This document shows positions 19,656-29,141 of a stretch of 64,000 nt of DNA, one piece after another; within the stretch, counting starts at the first letter, position 1, and the number at the start of each line of letters is the position of its first letter. The stretch covers positions 4,224,001 to 4,288,000 of the forward strand of contig CBDIID010000003.1 in assembly GCA_965279515.1 (NCBI GenBank), in the 5' to 3' direction. The translations under genes and the position numbers were made by a program. The stretch comes from Turneriella sp. GTDB taxonomy: Bacteria; Spirochaetota; Leptospiria; Turneriellales; Turneriellaceae. Below the pieces are notes generated by a model. The model had not been told where the DNA came from. It did no database searches and saw only the letters and a program-made list of their open reading frames with translations.

Positions 19656-21029
19656 GTGAAAAGGCGGGTCGTGAAGCCTTATAAACCATCGTTCTTTGAC
19701 CGGCCGGTCTTCGGACTCATTGTCGGCGCCTCTTCGTTGCTTTCGTTGCTGCTGGTCGCATACTTCATCGATTTTGTTCCCGGTCTAAAGGGCCTCGATA
19801 TCCGGATTTTCTCCGGTGTAAAACCCGGCGGCTACAACGCCACGGTTGAGAAGCTGAGCGCGATCGCCGCGAAAAAGAAGGGGGTCATCCGCAACGTGCC
19901 GACGAATGGATCGCTCGAGAATTTAGAACAGCTCGCCGACGCGCCCGACAAAAACGCCTTCGCGCTGGCGCAGACGGGCCTCAAAATTCCCGAGGGTTTT
20001 GAACTCGTCGCCCGCCTGTCGAAATCGGAAACTGTTTTCTTTTTCGGCCGCAACGCCTTTAGAATTAAAAATTTCTCGGATCTGAAGGGCAAGCGTATCG
20101 GCATCGGCCCAGAGGGCAGCGGCGCGGCGCATTTTGCCCGCACGCTCTACGAAAAAATGCATATGGCGTCGCTCGACGTGAAGCTGTCGAACCACACGCC
20201 CGAAGAACAGATGAAGCTGCTCAAGGCGGGCGTTCTCGATCTTGCGGTGTTGGTTTTTGCCGACAATGCCGAGATTGTTGAGAATGCGGTACTTAAAGAG
20301 GGAATGGAATTTGCGACTTTCCGGCAGGCGGAAAGCATTGCGAAAAAGCTGCATTTTTTGCGCACGGCGTATATCCGCGAGGGATATTATGATCCGATCA
20401 AGAATATTCCCGACGCCGATAAGCAGGTATTGAAGCTCGACACGATGGTGCTGTGTAAAAAGGGCACGCGCCGCTCGCAGATTGTGGGGCTGCTCAGCAC
20501 GATCCAGGAACTCGAGCCCGATCTTATTACCTTCAACAATACGATTCCCAACCTTACGGGTGTGGCGTATGCATCGGCCTCACGGGATTATTTTGCGAAC
20601 CAGGGCCCGGAGATTTTCGACCAGTTCGCGCCGCGGCTGATGGATTTTATGCCACTGGGCAATCTCGTGCAGATTCTCATGGCAATCAGCGTGTTCTTTA
20701 ATCTCATGAATGTGGCGAACCGGTTTTTTCTGTGGCGCGTCGACGCGAACCGTGTCGATATCGAGACTGAACTCCGGAGTTTTTTCGGACGGCCGGTTAC
20801 CGCAGAGGAGATTGCGCTCGAGCAAATGGAAACGCGGCATGCGAATGAGGAGTCGCGCGTCATTCTCGACGCCCTGATCGACCGCCTGACGCGCCTGGGA
20901 GAGAAGTGCCGCAAGAATTCGCTGTCACTCCTGGTACCCATGGGTAAAGAGCAGGCTTACCGCTACCAGGAAGAGATCATTAATCGCTTTCTGTCGGCGA
21001 TGAAGGCATACCGCGCACGCATGGGATAA
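19656..21029 (+). CDS. TAXI-type TRAP solute-binding-like protein with flanking TM segments
   Basis: PTNGSLENL, DLKGKRIGIGPEGSG and GVLDLA; N- and C-terminal hydrophobic helices. Confidence 0.75.
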   Translation: MKRRVVKPYKPSFFDRPVFGLIVGASSLLSLLLVAYFIDFVPGLKGLDIRIFSGVKPGGYNATVEKLSAIAAKKKGVIRNVPTNGSLENLEQLADAPDKNAFALAQTGLKIPEGFELVARLSKSETVFFFGRNAFRIKNFSDLKGKRIGIGPEGSGAAHFARTLYEKMHMASLDVKLSNHTPEEQMKLLKAGVLDLAVLVFADNAEIVENAVLKEGMEFATFRQAESIAKKLHFLRTAYIREGYYDPIKNIPDADKQVLKLDTMVLCKKGTRRSQIVGLLSTIQELEPDLITFNNTIPNLTGVAYASASRDYFANQGPEIFDQFAPRLMDFMPLGNLVQILMAISVFFNLMNVANRFFLWRVDANRVDIETELRSFFGRPVTAEEIALEQMETRHANEESRVILDALIDRLTRLGEKCRKNSLSLLVPMGKEQAYRYQEEIINRFLSAMKAYRARMG

Positions 21030-21032
21030 GGC

Positions 21033-21389
21033 TTGGAAAATCATCTAAACTGGCGGTTCAGCCCCTTCGGTATTAACGGAAAATTTCTGGGAAAGGTCGT
21101 GTCGGCTGATGGAACCGATGACGCCACTTTCGGCGAAAATGATGTGGCGGAAATTATCCAGACGGCGGAAACGGGCAATCAGTTCGACGGCATGGTGGTC
21201 GTCGTGATGCGCCTCAGCGACGGGCGCGTGGCGGCTTTCGATACTACTTATGCCAGTTATGCGGGTAATGATTTTACTGACGGGAACGGCGTGGTTTTCG
21301 TGAGGCAATCGCTGGAGGCCCTGGTGGGCCGGCTGTCAGTATACGGGCAGAGACTTCTGGGTGAAAAAATGCGAAAGCTTAAAGCCTAG
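21033..21389 (+). CDS. Hypothetical protein
   Basis: 118-aa ORF 3 nt after the previous stop (TTG start). Confidence 0.55.
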   Translation: MENHLNWRFSPFGINGKFLGKVVSADGTDDATFGENDVAEIIQTAETGNQFDGMVVVVMRLSDGRVAAFDTTYASYAGNDFTDGNGVVFVRQSLEALVGRLSVYGQRLLGEKMRKLKA

Positions 21390-21409
21390 GCGACATTGAG
21401 AGGCGCTAT

Positions 21410-21976
21410 ATGAGAAAGTTAATTGCAGCAATCAATATGACGATCGACGGTTTTTGTGATCATACCTCAGGTATTCCCGACGAAGAAATACATCAGCATT
21501 ACGCGGACCTGTTGAGAAATGCGGGTGTCGCTTTATATGGCAGGATAACCTACCAGCTTATGGAATATTGGCGAACCGTGCTGGGAAATCCCACAGGTGA
21601 TAAAGCAACCGACGACTTTGCAGTCGCCATAGACAATACCCCGAAGATAGTTTTTTCCCGCACCCTGCGAAGTGTAGATTGGAAAAGTGCGAAATTAGCA
21701 ACTCAAGACCTTGAGAAAGAAGTTCTGGAACTCAAACAACAATCGGGTAAAGACGTTTTTGCGTGCAGCCCGAGCCTGATTGTCGCTTTGACGAAGCTTA
21801 ATCTAATAGACGAATATCAACTTTGTGTTCACCCGGTTATCGCCGGAAGTGGTTTGCCGCTATTTAAAAACATCAGCGAAAAAATTACGCTTAAACTCAC
21901 AAAGACCAAAACGTTTAGCGGTGGTGCAGTTATTCTTTATTATGAACCGGGAAACGCAAGAACAACGCATAGCTAA
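21410..21976 (+). CDS. Dihydrofolate reductase-like / RibD C-terminal family protein
   Basis: INMTIDGF, YGRITYQ, KIVFSRTL and LIDEYQLCVHPVIAGSGLPLF. Confidence 0.88.
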   Translation: MRKLIAAINMTIDGFCDHTSGIPDEEIHQHYADLLRNAGVALYGRITYQLMEYWRTVLGNPTGDKATDDFAVAIDNTPKIVFSRTLRSVDWKSAKLATQDLEKEVLELKQQSGKDVFACSPSLIVALTKLNLIDEYQLCVHPVIAGSGLPLFKNISEKITLKLTKTKTFSGGAVILYYEPGNARTTHS

Positions 21977-22107
21977 TAGCTAACAGCGAATTGGAGTTTG
22001 TGCTCGTGCGTGGCCTCTGGTGGCCTGAGATGCTGATGCCCGGACTGTATTGAGTCGTCAGTATTGATGACGGCTCGACAATTTCAAACGCCCTCCGAAG
22101 ATGCCGT

Positions 22108-22794
22108 ATGCGTTATCTGAAAAGGGTGAAGAATGCAGCTACCTGTGCCTTACTGCTTGTCGCGCCAGGCCTGTTGGTCGCCGGCAGTAAGCCGACAGTC
22201 TTAGACTTGGCCAAACTGCAAAACCCGGCATTCTACAATGAACTCGAAGAATTGAAGAGGACGGGTAACCTGGAATTTACGGGCGCAGTGATTGATATCC
22301 CTAACGGCTATCTTTCCAATGTCTCCACCACTGGTGCCGGCCATATCGGGGAAACCTACGTCGTGTATTATCCGGATGGCCGCGGTGCCCTGCTCGCACA
22401 TACCAACTGGCATGAAGCGGGTACGCCGATTGAATTTTTCGAACACAAAGAGGGCAAGATGGTGAAAATCAAGTCATTGCTGCCTGACCTCACTTGCGCA
22501 TCGCTATCTTCTGCTGCGGCGCGTGATGCTGCCTATCGGCTGGTGAAGCAAAAAGATTGGCTGAAGAAGTTTCGCGTTTTCTACGATTTGCCACGGACGG
22601 GCACGACGATTTCGGCCTATTGCAGTCTCCAGGAAGATTTTCTTGTACTGCAAAGCATCTTGCAAGAGTCAAAAACCGATAGCGACAAATTTGACGCCGC
22701 CCTTAAGGACGGCGGACCTATCAACGGGCTTTTTTCCATTCGCGCGGAGTTTCGCTGGAACAAAAAGACAGGGACGTTCAGTCGCGTGAAATAG
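22108..22794 (+). CDS. Exported hypothetical protein
   Basis: Signal peptide; IDIPNGYL and C-terminal FRWNKKTGTF. Confidence 0.65.
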   Translation: MRYLKRVKNAATCALLLVAPGLLVAGSKPTVLDLAKLQNPAFYNELEELKRTGNLEFTGAVIDIPNGYLSNVSTTGAGHIGETYVVYYPDGRGALLAHTNWHEAGTPIEFFEHKEGKMVKIKSLLPDLTCASLSSAAARDAAYRLVKQKDWLKKFRVFYDLPRTGTTISAYCSLQEDFLVLQSILQESKTDSDKFDAALKDGGPINGLFSIRAEFRWNKKTGTFSRVK

Positions 22795-22948
22795 GGGGTG
22801 GCTTAAGGTTAACGAGTTTTCCGTTGCTGTGCTGCTTATATGCAACGGTCTGGATGCTTTTGCCTAAAAAAACGATTGTAGAGGAAAATATTTGGCAACG
22901 AGTGCGTCGTATAAGCGTAAATTAAGGGAGCTTCGGGGAAAATAGCGA

Positions 22949-23326
22949 ATGTCAAATATTTTCTCAATGAAAGGCCGGATTGGTAGAATCGAATTTCTCA
23001 TGGGTCAGGCGTTAACGGCTGCTTGTATTCTTGGCAGCATTATACTCGAAATTCAGATGTCAGAATTAGGTTACGTGTGGGTGGCATTTCCTGCCTTTAC
23101 GTTCGTGTGTACGGCTTTATTTGCAAACCTCTGTTATACTCTCAAAAGAGTTCATGACTTGTATCCATCGGTTAATCCATGGCTGCTATTTATTCCAATA
23201 TACAATCTTAATATTTTTTTGATTCTTTTGGTCACTCCAGGTAAAAAAGGAATAAATCAATATGGCCTCAGTCCTTACGCCCTGAAACGGAAAGGCCACC
23301 TGAAGAAAACCCAGGATATTCCGTAG
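22949..23326 (+). CDS. DUF805 (YhaH-like) membrane protein
   Basis: FSMKGRIGRIEF, KRVHD and NQYG. Confidence 0.82.
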   Translation: MSNIFSMKGRIGRIEFLMGQALTAACILGSIILEIQMSELGYVWVAFPAFTFVCTALFANLCYTLKRVHDLYPSVNPWLLFIPIYNLNIFLILLVTPGKKGINQYGLSPYALKRKGHLKKTQDIP

Positions 23327-23439
23327 CGTCGTAAACGGGATAGTTTACTCTTTTCAATGAGCCCCGGATCCTTTATTTTCAGATTAGAAGCGGCACCGCG
23401 CTAGGTACAAAAAATATCTGGTGTGCCCAGTGCTTTGCT

Positions 23440-23712
23440 TCAGGCTTTTACGATCGTCCAGATGCCGATAAAGACGAAGCCAACACCCGCGGCATAGTTT
23501 AAGTATTTGGTACTCACATATTTACCAACAAGAGCGCCGGCAAATACGCCGATCGCAGCTGCCACGACTAAAGCGGCTGCCGAGCCGAGAAATACATGCA
23601 TGTTGTTGACTTCTTTATCAGCCGCAAAGAGCATCGTTGCAAGCTGTGTTTTGTCGCCAATTTCAGCTAAGAAGACAGTGACGAATACGGTGGAGAAAGT
23701 TTTCCAGAACAT
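23440..23712 (-). CDS. Half-size TMEM165/GDT1 (UPF0016) Ca2+/Mn2+ transporter
   Basis: Single FLAEIGDKTQLA motif, 3 TM. Confidence 0.88.
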   Translation of the reverse strand: MFWKTFSTVFVTVFLAEIGDKTQLATMLFAADKEVNNMHVFLGSAAALVVAAAIGVFAGALVGKYVSTKYLNYAAGVGFVFIGIWTIVKA

Positions 23713-23859
23713 AAACCTTGCACGGAATGCCAAATTCATATCACGTAAACAGGATTTTGCTTGCTTACGGAAATACCTGCGACAGTGTATTCCCGCTCTT
23801 TTTTGTTGCCGACAGGAACCCGCAGGGGTGCGGTTGCCATGATGGTTTGAGGAGGTTCC

Positions 23860-25233
23860 ATGCGAAAAGTCATCGGTTTATTATTCACCCTGACATTGCT
23901 TGTGGCCAATTCCATTCTGCCTGAAAAAGGCACCCGCGCCAAGACGATGCATAACCAGACGCAGCGCAGCCCCAGAAGCTCACCCTCGCATGCATCTCCG
24001 TCCCGGCCATCCGCCAGCCCATCGAATTCGTCATCACGGCCGCAGGGGAGCGGCACAACCACGCGCACCAGTTATCCCGCGGGCTCGAGGGGGAATTCGG
24101 CTACGCAAGGCATGCCTGCTACCGATGGCTGCGCCGAATGCGACTACGACAGCATCGACGCCGAAGCCCGTAAGGAAAAAAAAGCTTTCGTGCGGAATAC
24201 TGTTTCTGTTAACTCCAGGGTCGCCTTCACCAGCTGGGATTTTAATTTTAGTCCCGCGATCCAATACCAGAGCGCATTTGTCCCTACCTATGAGCTGGAT
24301 CTGAACGTTCTGGGCTTTGAATTCTCTTACCTGACGACGCTTCCCGTGCAATCGTCCAATTTGTTCCGCGAGATTCCGGTGATCGAACAGAGGAGTCTCT
24401 CGCGCAGTCTGCTGTTTGAATCGCTGAGCCTGGCGGCATATCCGCTGATGTTCCTCGAAGATCCGCTGCTCAGAAACCTGTTCTCCGCCGAATTCAGAAA
24501 AACCACCAAGGCAACGACCATTCGGGCGAACCAGAAACTGTATTATTTTCCCGCAACAAGCTCTCCCGGACTCACGGAGCAGGATTCCGACCTGGGTACT
24601 ATCTTTTATGAAGAAAAAGCTGCCGGCAGCGAACTGTCTTATACCATTAAGGAACGTGACTGGCTTTTTACCGTCGGCTTCTATGCGCTGCGCGCCGGGT
24701 TCTTCGACCTCAGTTATTCCAAACCTTACCAGATGGACGCCGATATCTACCAGAATGATGTACTGATCGATAAGCGCGTTTACCTGTTCGAGGGCCAGGC
24801 CACGGGCCAGGGGTTCATGGTGGGTCTACAGAACCTTTATTTTCCGAACCTGGATAAGAGCCGCTTCTATTTCTCTTCGCCCGACCAGTTGGATGACGGG
24901 TTTTTCTGGGGCTTGAAAGAGCTGGGATTCTATTGGGGCTCGGGAAACATCCGTCTACAGAACAATATCGACCTCGTCGAAAAATACCGGGCCTTTTACC
25001 AGAATGAGAGCGGTCATGACCCCTCGGTATCTTTCGTGCGCCTGGTGTTTCACCCGGTCATCGGCTACAAGATCAGCCGGCACTTCAAGCTATTCATCGA
25101 ATACCGTTATGTGAACTATTCCCTGAGCCTGAGAGACAGCTATGAAGATGCCTCTTATAACTATTTCCTGAACCATGCGATCAACAAAGATACCGTTCAG
25201 CAATTGGCCATCAATCTCACGGTGGGTTTTTAG
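23860..25233 (+). CDS. Putative outer-membrane beta-barrel protein with Ser/Pro-rich N-terminus
   Basis: GGAGG RBS, signal peptide, aromatic-rich alternating strands, terminal ...LTVGF. Confidence 0.6.
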   Translation: MRKVIGLLFTLTLLVANSILPEKGTRAKTMHNQTQRSPRSSPSHASPSRPSASPSNSSSRPQGSGTTTRTSYPAGSRGNSATQGMPATDGCAECDYDSIDAEARKEKKAFVRNTVSVNSRVAFTSWDFNFSPAIQYQSAFVPTYELDLNVLGFEFSYLTTLPVQSSNLFREIPVIEQRSLSRSLLFESLSLAAYPLMFLEDPLLRNLFSAEFRKTTKATTIRANQKLYYFPATSSPGLTEQDSDLGTIFYEEKAAGSELSYTIKERDWLFTVGFYALRAGFFDLSYSKPYQMDADIYQNDVLIDKRVYLFEGQATGQGFMVGLQNLYFPNLDKSRFYFSSPDQLDDGFFWGLKELGFYWGSGNIRLQNNIDLVEKYRAFYQNESGHDPSVSFVRLVFHPVIGYKISRHFKLFIEYRYVNYSLSLRDSYEDASYNYFLNHAINKDTVQQLAINLTVGF

Positions 25234-25269
25234 AGTTGACGTTCTATTTTTGTTCTATATGTGTGGGCG

Positions 25270-26358
25270 ATGCCGCAAATCAACGAGTCGGAGATCCAGC
25301 GTGGCCGCGGCGCCGGTATTCAGCCTGCAGGGCGCTTCGCTAAAAGCCGCCGCGAAAATTTTGACGACGGCTGGGAGCAACCCGAAGAAGAGAGCCCGCT
25401 TCGAACGCAGATTTTTCCCGACGAAAGCAAATCCATATTTTCAAAAAATGAGTCTCCCGATATACCGTTCTCGGTCTCGATCAATGCCTACCGCGGCTGC
25501 GAGCACGGCTGCGTCTATTGTTTTGCCCGGCCGACGCATAATTATTTCGATCTCTCGTCAGGGTTTGATTTCGAGAGCAAGATTTTTGCGAAGTTCGAAG
25601 CCGCGCGCCTGTTAGAGAAAGAGTTTCGTAAACCAAAGTACATCCCACAGACAATTGCCATGTCGGGTGTGACAGATATTTACCAACCGGTCGAGCGCCG
25701 GCTGAAGATTACCCGCAGCCTGCTCGAAGTCTTTGAGGCGTATAATCACCCTGTCGCGCTCATCACCAAGAACCACCTGATTCGCCGCGACATCGATATT
25801 CTCGCACGCCTGGCGGAGAAAAATCTCGTGCGCGTGTACATGTCGATCACGAGCCTGAATGGCGATCTCGCGCGGCGTATGGAACCGCGGGCATCGACGC
25901 CCGGCGCACGGCTCGCCGCGCTCAAGGCCTTGAGTGATACCGGCGTCGAGACGGGGGTCATGCTCGCGCCGCAGATTCCCTTCGTGAATGACCATGAGAT
26001 CGAGGCGATACTCGAAGCCGCGGCTGAGGCGGGTGCGACATCCGCAGGATATATTACCCTGCGGTTGCCGTGGGATATCAAAGACCTTTTCCATGACTGG
26101 CTAAAGCGGCATTTTCCGGAACGTGAAGAGAAAGTTTTTGCGCAACTGAGAGCGATGCACGGCGGCGAAGAATATAAGGCCGAATTCTTCGACCGCATGC
26201 GGGGTACGGGTCACTATGCAGAAATGCTGGGGCAAAGATTTCACATTACAGCCAAAAGATTAGGATTAACCCGGGAGAAGAGCCCTATGACAACCATGCT
26301 GTTTGAACGGCCCACGGAAGCCCTGTTCGGCGACGAAACCCAGCTCCGCCTGTTTTGA
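25270..26358 (+). CDS. PA0069/Rv2578c-family (SplB-like) radical SAM protein
   Basis: SINAYRGCEHGCVYCFARPTH, TDIYQPVE and MEPRAS. Confidence 0.9.
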   Translation: MPQINESEIQRGRGAGIQPAGRFAKSRRENFDDGWEQPEEESPLRTQIFPDESKSIFSKNESPDIPFSVSINAYRGCEHGCVYCFARPTHNYFDLSSGFDFESKIFAKFEAARLLEKEFRKPKYIPQTIAMSGVTDIYQPVERRLKITRSLLEVFEAYNHPVALITKNHLIRRDIDILARLAEKNLVRVYMSITSLNGDLARRMEPRASTPGARLAALKALSDTGVETGVMLAPQIPFVNDHEIEAILEAAAEAGATSAGYITLRLPWDIKDLFHDWLKRHFPEREEKVFAQLRAMHGGEEYKAEFFDRMRGTGHYAEMLGQRFHITAKRLGLTREKSPMTTMLFERPTEALFGDETQLRLF

Positions 26359-26410
26359 CGGCGTGTCTCCGAAATGCTCGACGCGCCCGGTTCGCTTTGC
26401 ATTTTTTCCC

Positions 26411-26881
26411 GTGATTCTTGTACACCTGCTTCTCGTTCTGGTTGTTCTTGTTGCCCTCATTCTCGAACTCATCACCCCGCTGCTGCTGAATATTCCCCTG
26501 ATTGCACTATGCCTTGCCATTCTGCTCTTTACTATCTGGCATTTCCGGCGGGTGCGCCGGCAGGGTAAGATTCCGTTTGTCGCTTCGATTGCCTTGGGCT
26601 TGCAGAGTATTCTCTTCATTATAAGCATCGCGATTCTCGCCGTGGTGACGATTCCGCACGAACGTCCTGAAGACTCGCCTGCGGTGGTGCAGGGCATACG
26701 GCGTTTTCTCGTTGCGCAGGGTTTAATCGAGAAACCCAAGACGATTGCGCCGCCGATTGTTTCTGTGGGCGGCGAGAAGCCCCCCGCCGAAACTGTGAAC
26801 GCGCCCGACGCCGCGAAGATCCAGATCAAAATCGACGGCGATGAACCCAAAAAAGAAGAAGAAAAGAAAACGAATCCGTGA
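26411..26881 (+). CDS. Hypothetical membrane protein
   Basis: 3 TM plus a Pro/charged tail; GTG 26411 assumed as start. Confidence 0.6.
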   Translation: MILVHLLLVLVVLVALILELITPLLLNIPLIALCLAILLFTIWHFRRVRRQGKIPFVASIALGLQSILFIISIAILAVVTIPHERPEDSPAVVQGIRRFLVAQGLIEKPKTIAPPIVSVGGEKPPAETVNAPDAAKIQIKIDGDEPKKEEEKKTNP

Positions 26882-27252
26882 AGACTGCCCTTAAAATACT
26901 CCTCGTTGCCTATCTCGTTGTGCTGCTCGTGCTGGCCTTTCTGCCGCTCACGGGTTATTATGCCGGGCTCGGATCGCTTCCGGTGATCGGTTTCTATCTC
27001 TACCGGAAAATTATTCTCGAACGCAGCGCCGAAGGCGAGGTGCTGACACGGCCGGTTTTCCTTCTGGCCTGTGTGGTCTTTGTATTCGGTTTTGTGTTAA
27101 ATCTTTTCTGCACGCTCTACACGACATACAAGATGGCCGAGTTCCGCATGGGCATTGAAGAGCAGAAAAAGAAAATATATGGTGAACCTGGGGCCATGGA
27201 TGGCCAGGGTTCGCGCAGCACAGGAGGCGCCTCCGGGCGCGAAACCAAGTGA
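26878..27252 (+). CDS. Hypothetical membrane protein (C-terminal tail encoded by the repeat element)
   Basis: 3 TM; overlaps both neighbours by 4 nt. Confidence 0.65.
   Translation: MKTALKILLVAYLVVLLVLAFLPLTGYYAGLGSLPVIGFYLYRKIILERSAEGEVLTRPVFLLACVVFVFGFVLNLFCTLYTTYKMAEFRMGIEEQKKKIYGEPGAMDGQGSRSTGGASGRETK
27184..27246 (+). repeat. Twin GGA-loop hairpin element, copy A
   Basis: GGCC-ATGGAT-GGCC, then TTCGCGC..GCAC-AGGAG-GCGC..GCGCGAA. Confidence 0.7.
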
Positions 27253-28595
27253 AATTCGATTCCGCAACGCTGAAATTCTCCATTTCGGGACTCAGGGGTG
27301 TTTACCCCAACGACATCTCTCCCGATAAATGGGTCGAGTACGTGCGCGCCTTTGCGGCGACTGTACCCGCGGGCGGTATCGCGTTGGCGCGCGATGCCCG
27401 TGCGACGGGGCCTGCGCTGGTGAAAATCGCGGCCGGTGTGCTGACACTTTTGGGCCGCGAAGTGCATGATCTCGGTCTTGTGCCGACTCCGACCATTAAG
27501 GCTTATGTAAAAATCAAAAAACTGGCCGGTGGGCTGATGGTCAGTGCCTCGCACAACCCCGCCGAGTACAATGCGCTTAAATTCATCGGCAAAGAAGGCT
27601 TTTTTTTCGACGTAGCCGCTAACGAACGTTTCTCTTCGGCGCTCGATGCCTTGCCCGACTGGGGCGACTGGCGCAAGCAGGGTAAAATTATTGAGGCGCA
27701 TGCAGCGGCGATTGAGTTGCATACCGCGAGTATTCTTAAAGTAATAAAGAAACCCAGGCGCCGGCTGAAAGTCGTAATCGATCCTGTCGGATCGTGCGGC
27801 GGCGAGATTGCGGTGCATCTGCTGAAGAAACTGGGAGTCAAATACGAAGCGATCCATCTTGCCGAAGTCAATGAGTTCCCGCGCCCACCCGAGCCGACCG
27901 CCGACGCGCTGGGTAAGCTCGCAGCGGCCGTCAAAAAACATAAAGCCGATGTCGGTTTTGCTTTCGATCCCGATGCAGACCGCCTTTCCCTGGTAGACGA
28001 AAAAGGCCGTGCGATCGGCGAAGAGTATACCTTACCTTTGGCTATCCTGTCAGCGGCAAAGCCGGGCGGCATGATCGTCGCTAACCTTTCTACCTCGATG
28101 CTGACGGAGAGCGCTGCGCAGTTAAAGAAATGCAGGTTCATCCGCTCGATGGTCGGTGAGGCCAATGTCGTTGCCGAAATGTTGCGCCGCAAATCCGTTC
28201 TGGGTGGCGAAGGCAATGGTGGTGTCATTGATGCGCGTGTGCCGTCGTTCGGCCGCGACGCGCTCGCTGGTATGGCGCACGTGATAGCCCTCGTTGCTTC
28301 GGGCAAAAAGCCGCTTTCTGCGTGGGTTGCTACGCTGCCGCGCTTTACCATGGTGAAGCAGGTGCGTAAAGGTGTGAGCGCCGAGGGTATTGCGGCGGCG
28401 GCCGACCAGGCGAAGAAGCTCATCACCGGTGCCATCGTCGATATGCGCGACGGCGTGCATGTCAGCGGCAAACTTGCCGGCTCCCCCGTCTGGATTCACC
28501 TGCGTTCGTCGAATACCGAACCCGTTGTACGTCTCATCGCCGAAGCCGATTCTGAAAAAAATCTACAGTTGCTCCTCGATGGAGTTCACCTATGA
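27249..28595 (+). CDS. Phosphohexomutase (PGM/PMM/GlmM family)
   Basis: SASHNP, FDPDADR, GGEGNGG and RSSNTEP. Confidence 0.92.
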   Translation: MKFDSATLKFSISGLRGVYPNDISPDKWVEYVRAFAATVPAGGIALARDARATGPALVKIAAGVLTLLGREVHDLGLVPTPTIKAYVKIKKLAGGLMVSASHNPAEYNALKFIGKEGFFFDVAANERFSSALDALPDWGDWRKQGKIIEAHAAAIELHTASILKVIKKPRRRLKVVIDPVGSCGGEIAVHLLKKLGVKYEAIHLAEVNEFPRPPEPTADALGKLAAAVKKHKADVGFAFDPDADRLSLVDEKGRAIGEEYTLPLAILSAAKPGGMIVANLSTSMLTESAAQLKKCRFIRSMVGEANVVAEMLRRKSVLGGEGNGGVIDARVPSFGRDALAGMAHVIALVASGKKPLSAWVATLPRFTMVKQVRKGVSAEGIAAAADQAKKLITGAIVDMRDGVHVSGKLAGSPVWIHLRSSNTEPVVRLIAEADSEKNLQLLLDGVHL

Positions 28596-29092
28596 AAGTT
28601 CTCTACCGCGACAAAGAAATCGCTTTTACCCTGGTGAAAACGCGTTTTGGCGATAAGCCGCTATTGCAGTATCCGCCTGCCGCCGGTATTCTCGCCGTCG
28701 AACAGGTGAAATCGAAAAAAAAGTTCCTCTGGCTGGTCGAACAGTACCGGCTCGGTTCGGGCGCAAAATCGTGGGAGATTCCCGCAGGCAAAAAGAAACC
28801 CAACGAGACTATTCTGCAGTGTGCCAAGCGTGAGCTTGCCGAAGAGGCGGGTTTTGCCGCGCGCCGCTGGAAGAAATGCCTGCAGTACCATCCCGCCATC
28901 AGTTTTTCAACCGAAGTTTTGCACCTTTTTTCGGCGCGCGGGTTATCTGAGGCGATCGCCGAGCACGACGACGACGAAGTGTTTTCGAATAAAAAGGCAT
29001 TTAGCCAGACCGAGATGCTGCGGATGATGAAAAGCGGCAAGATCAGCGATTCGAAGACGTTGCTTGCGCTCTGGTTGTTCGATAAACTTTAG
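28592..29092 (+). CDS. NUDIX hydrolase (ADP-ribose pyrophosphatase-like)
   Basis: EIPAGKKKPNETILQCAKRELAEEAG Nudix box; ISDSKT. Confidence 0.88.
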   Translation: MKVLYRDKEIAFTLVKTRFGDKPLLQYPPAAGILAVEQVKSKKKFLWLVEQYRLGSGAKSWEIPAGKKKPNETILQCAKRELAEEAGFAARRWKKCLQYHPAISFSTEVLHLFSARGLSEAIAEHDDDEVFSNKKAFSQTEMLRMMKSGKISDSKTLLALWLFDKL

Positions 29093-29141
29093 TTGAAACT
29101 CTTTCTCTTGCCGTCGGGGCCGCGATCTTTCACAAGGTTGT

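Noticed and set aside
23331..23348. GTAAAC-GGGATA-GTTTAC hairpin as an element copy
   Set aside because: The loop is not ANGGAN and there is no second hairpin.
27503..28471. 322-aa antisense ORF (similarly 46821-47801, 62855-63754, 41411-42148)
   Set aside because: These are shadow frames of well-conserved genes in GC-rich DNA, with no motifs.
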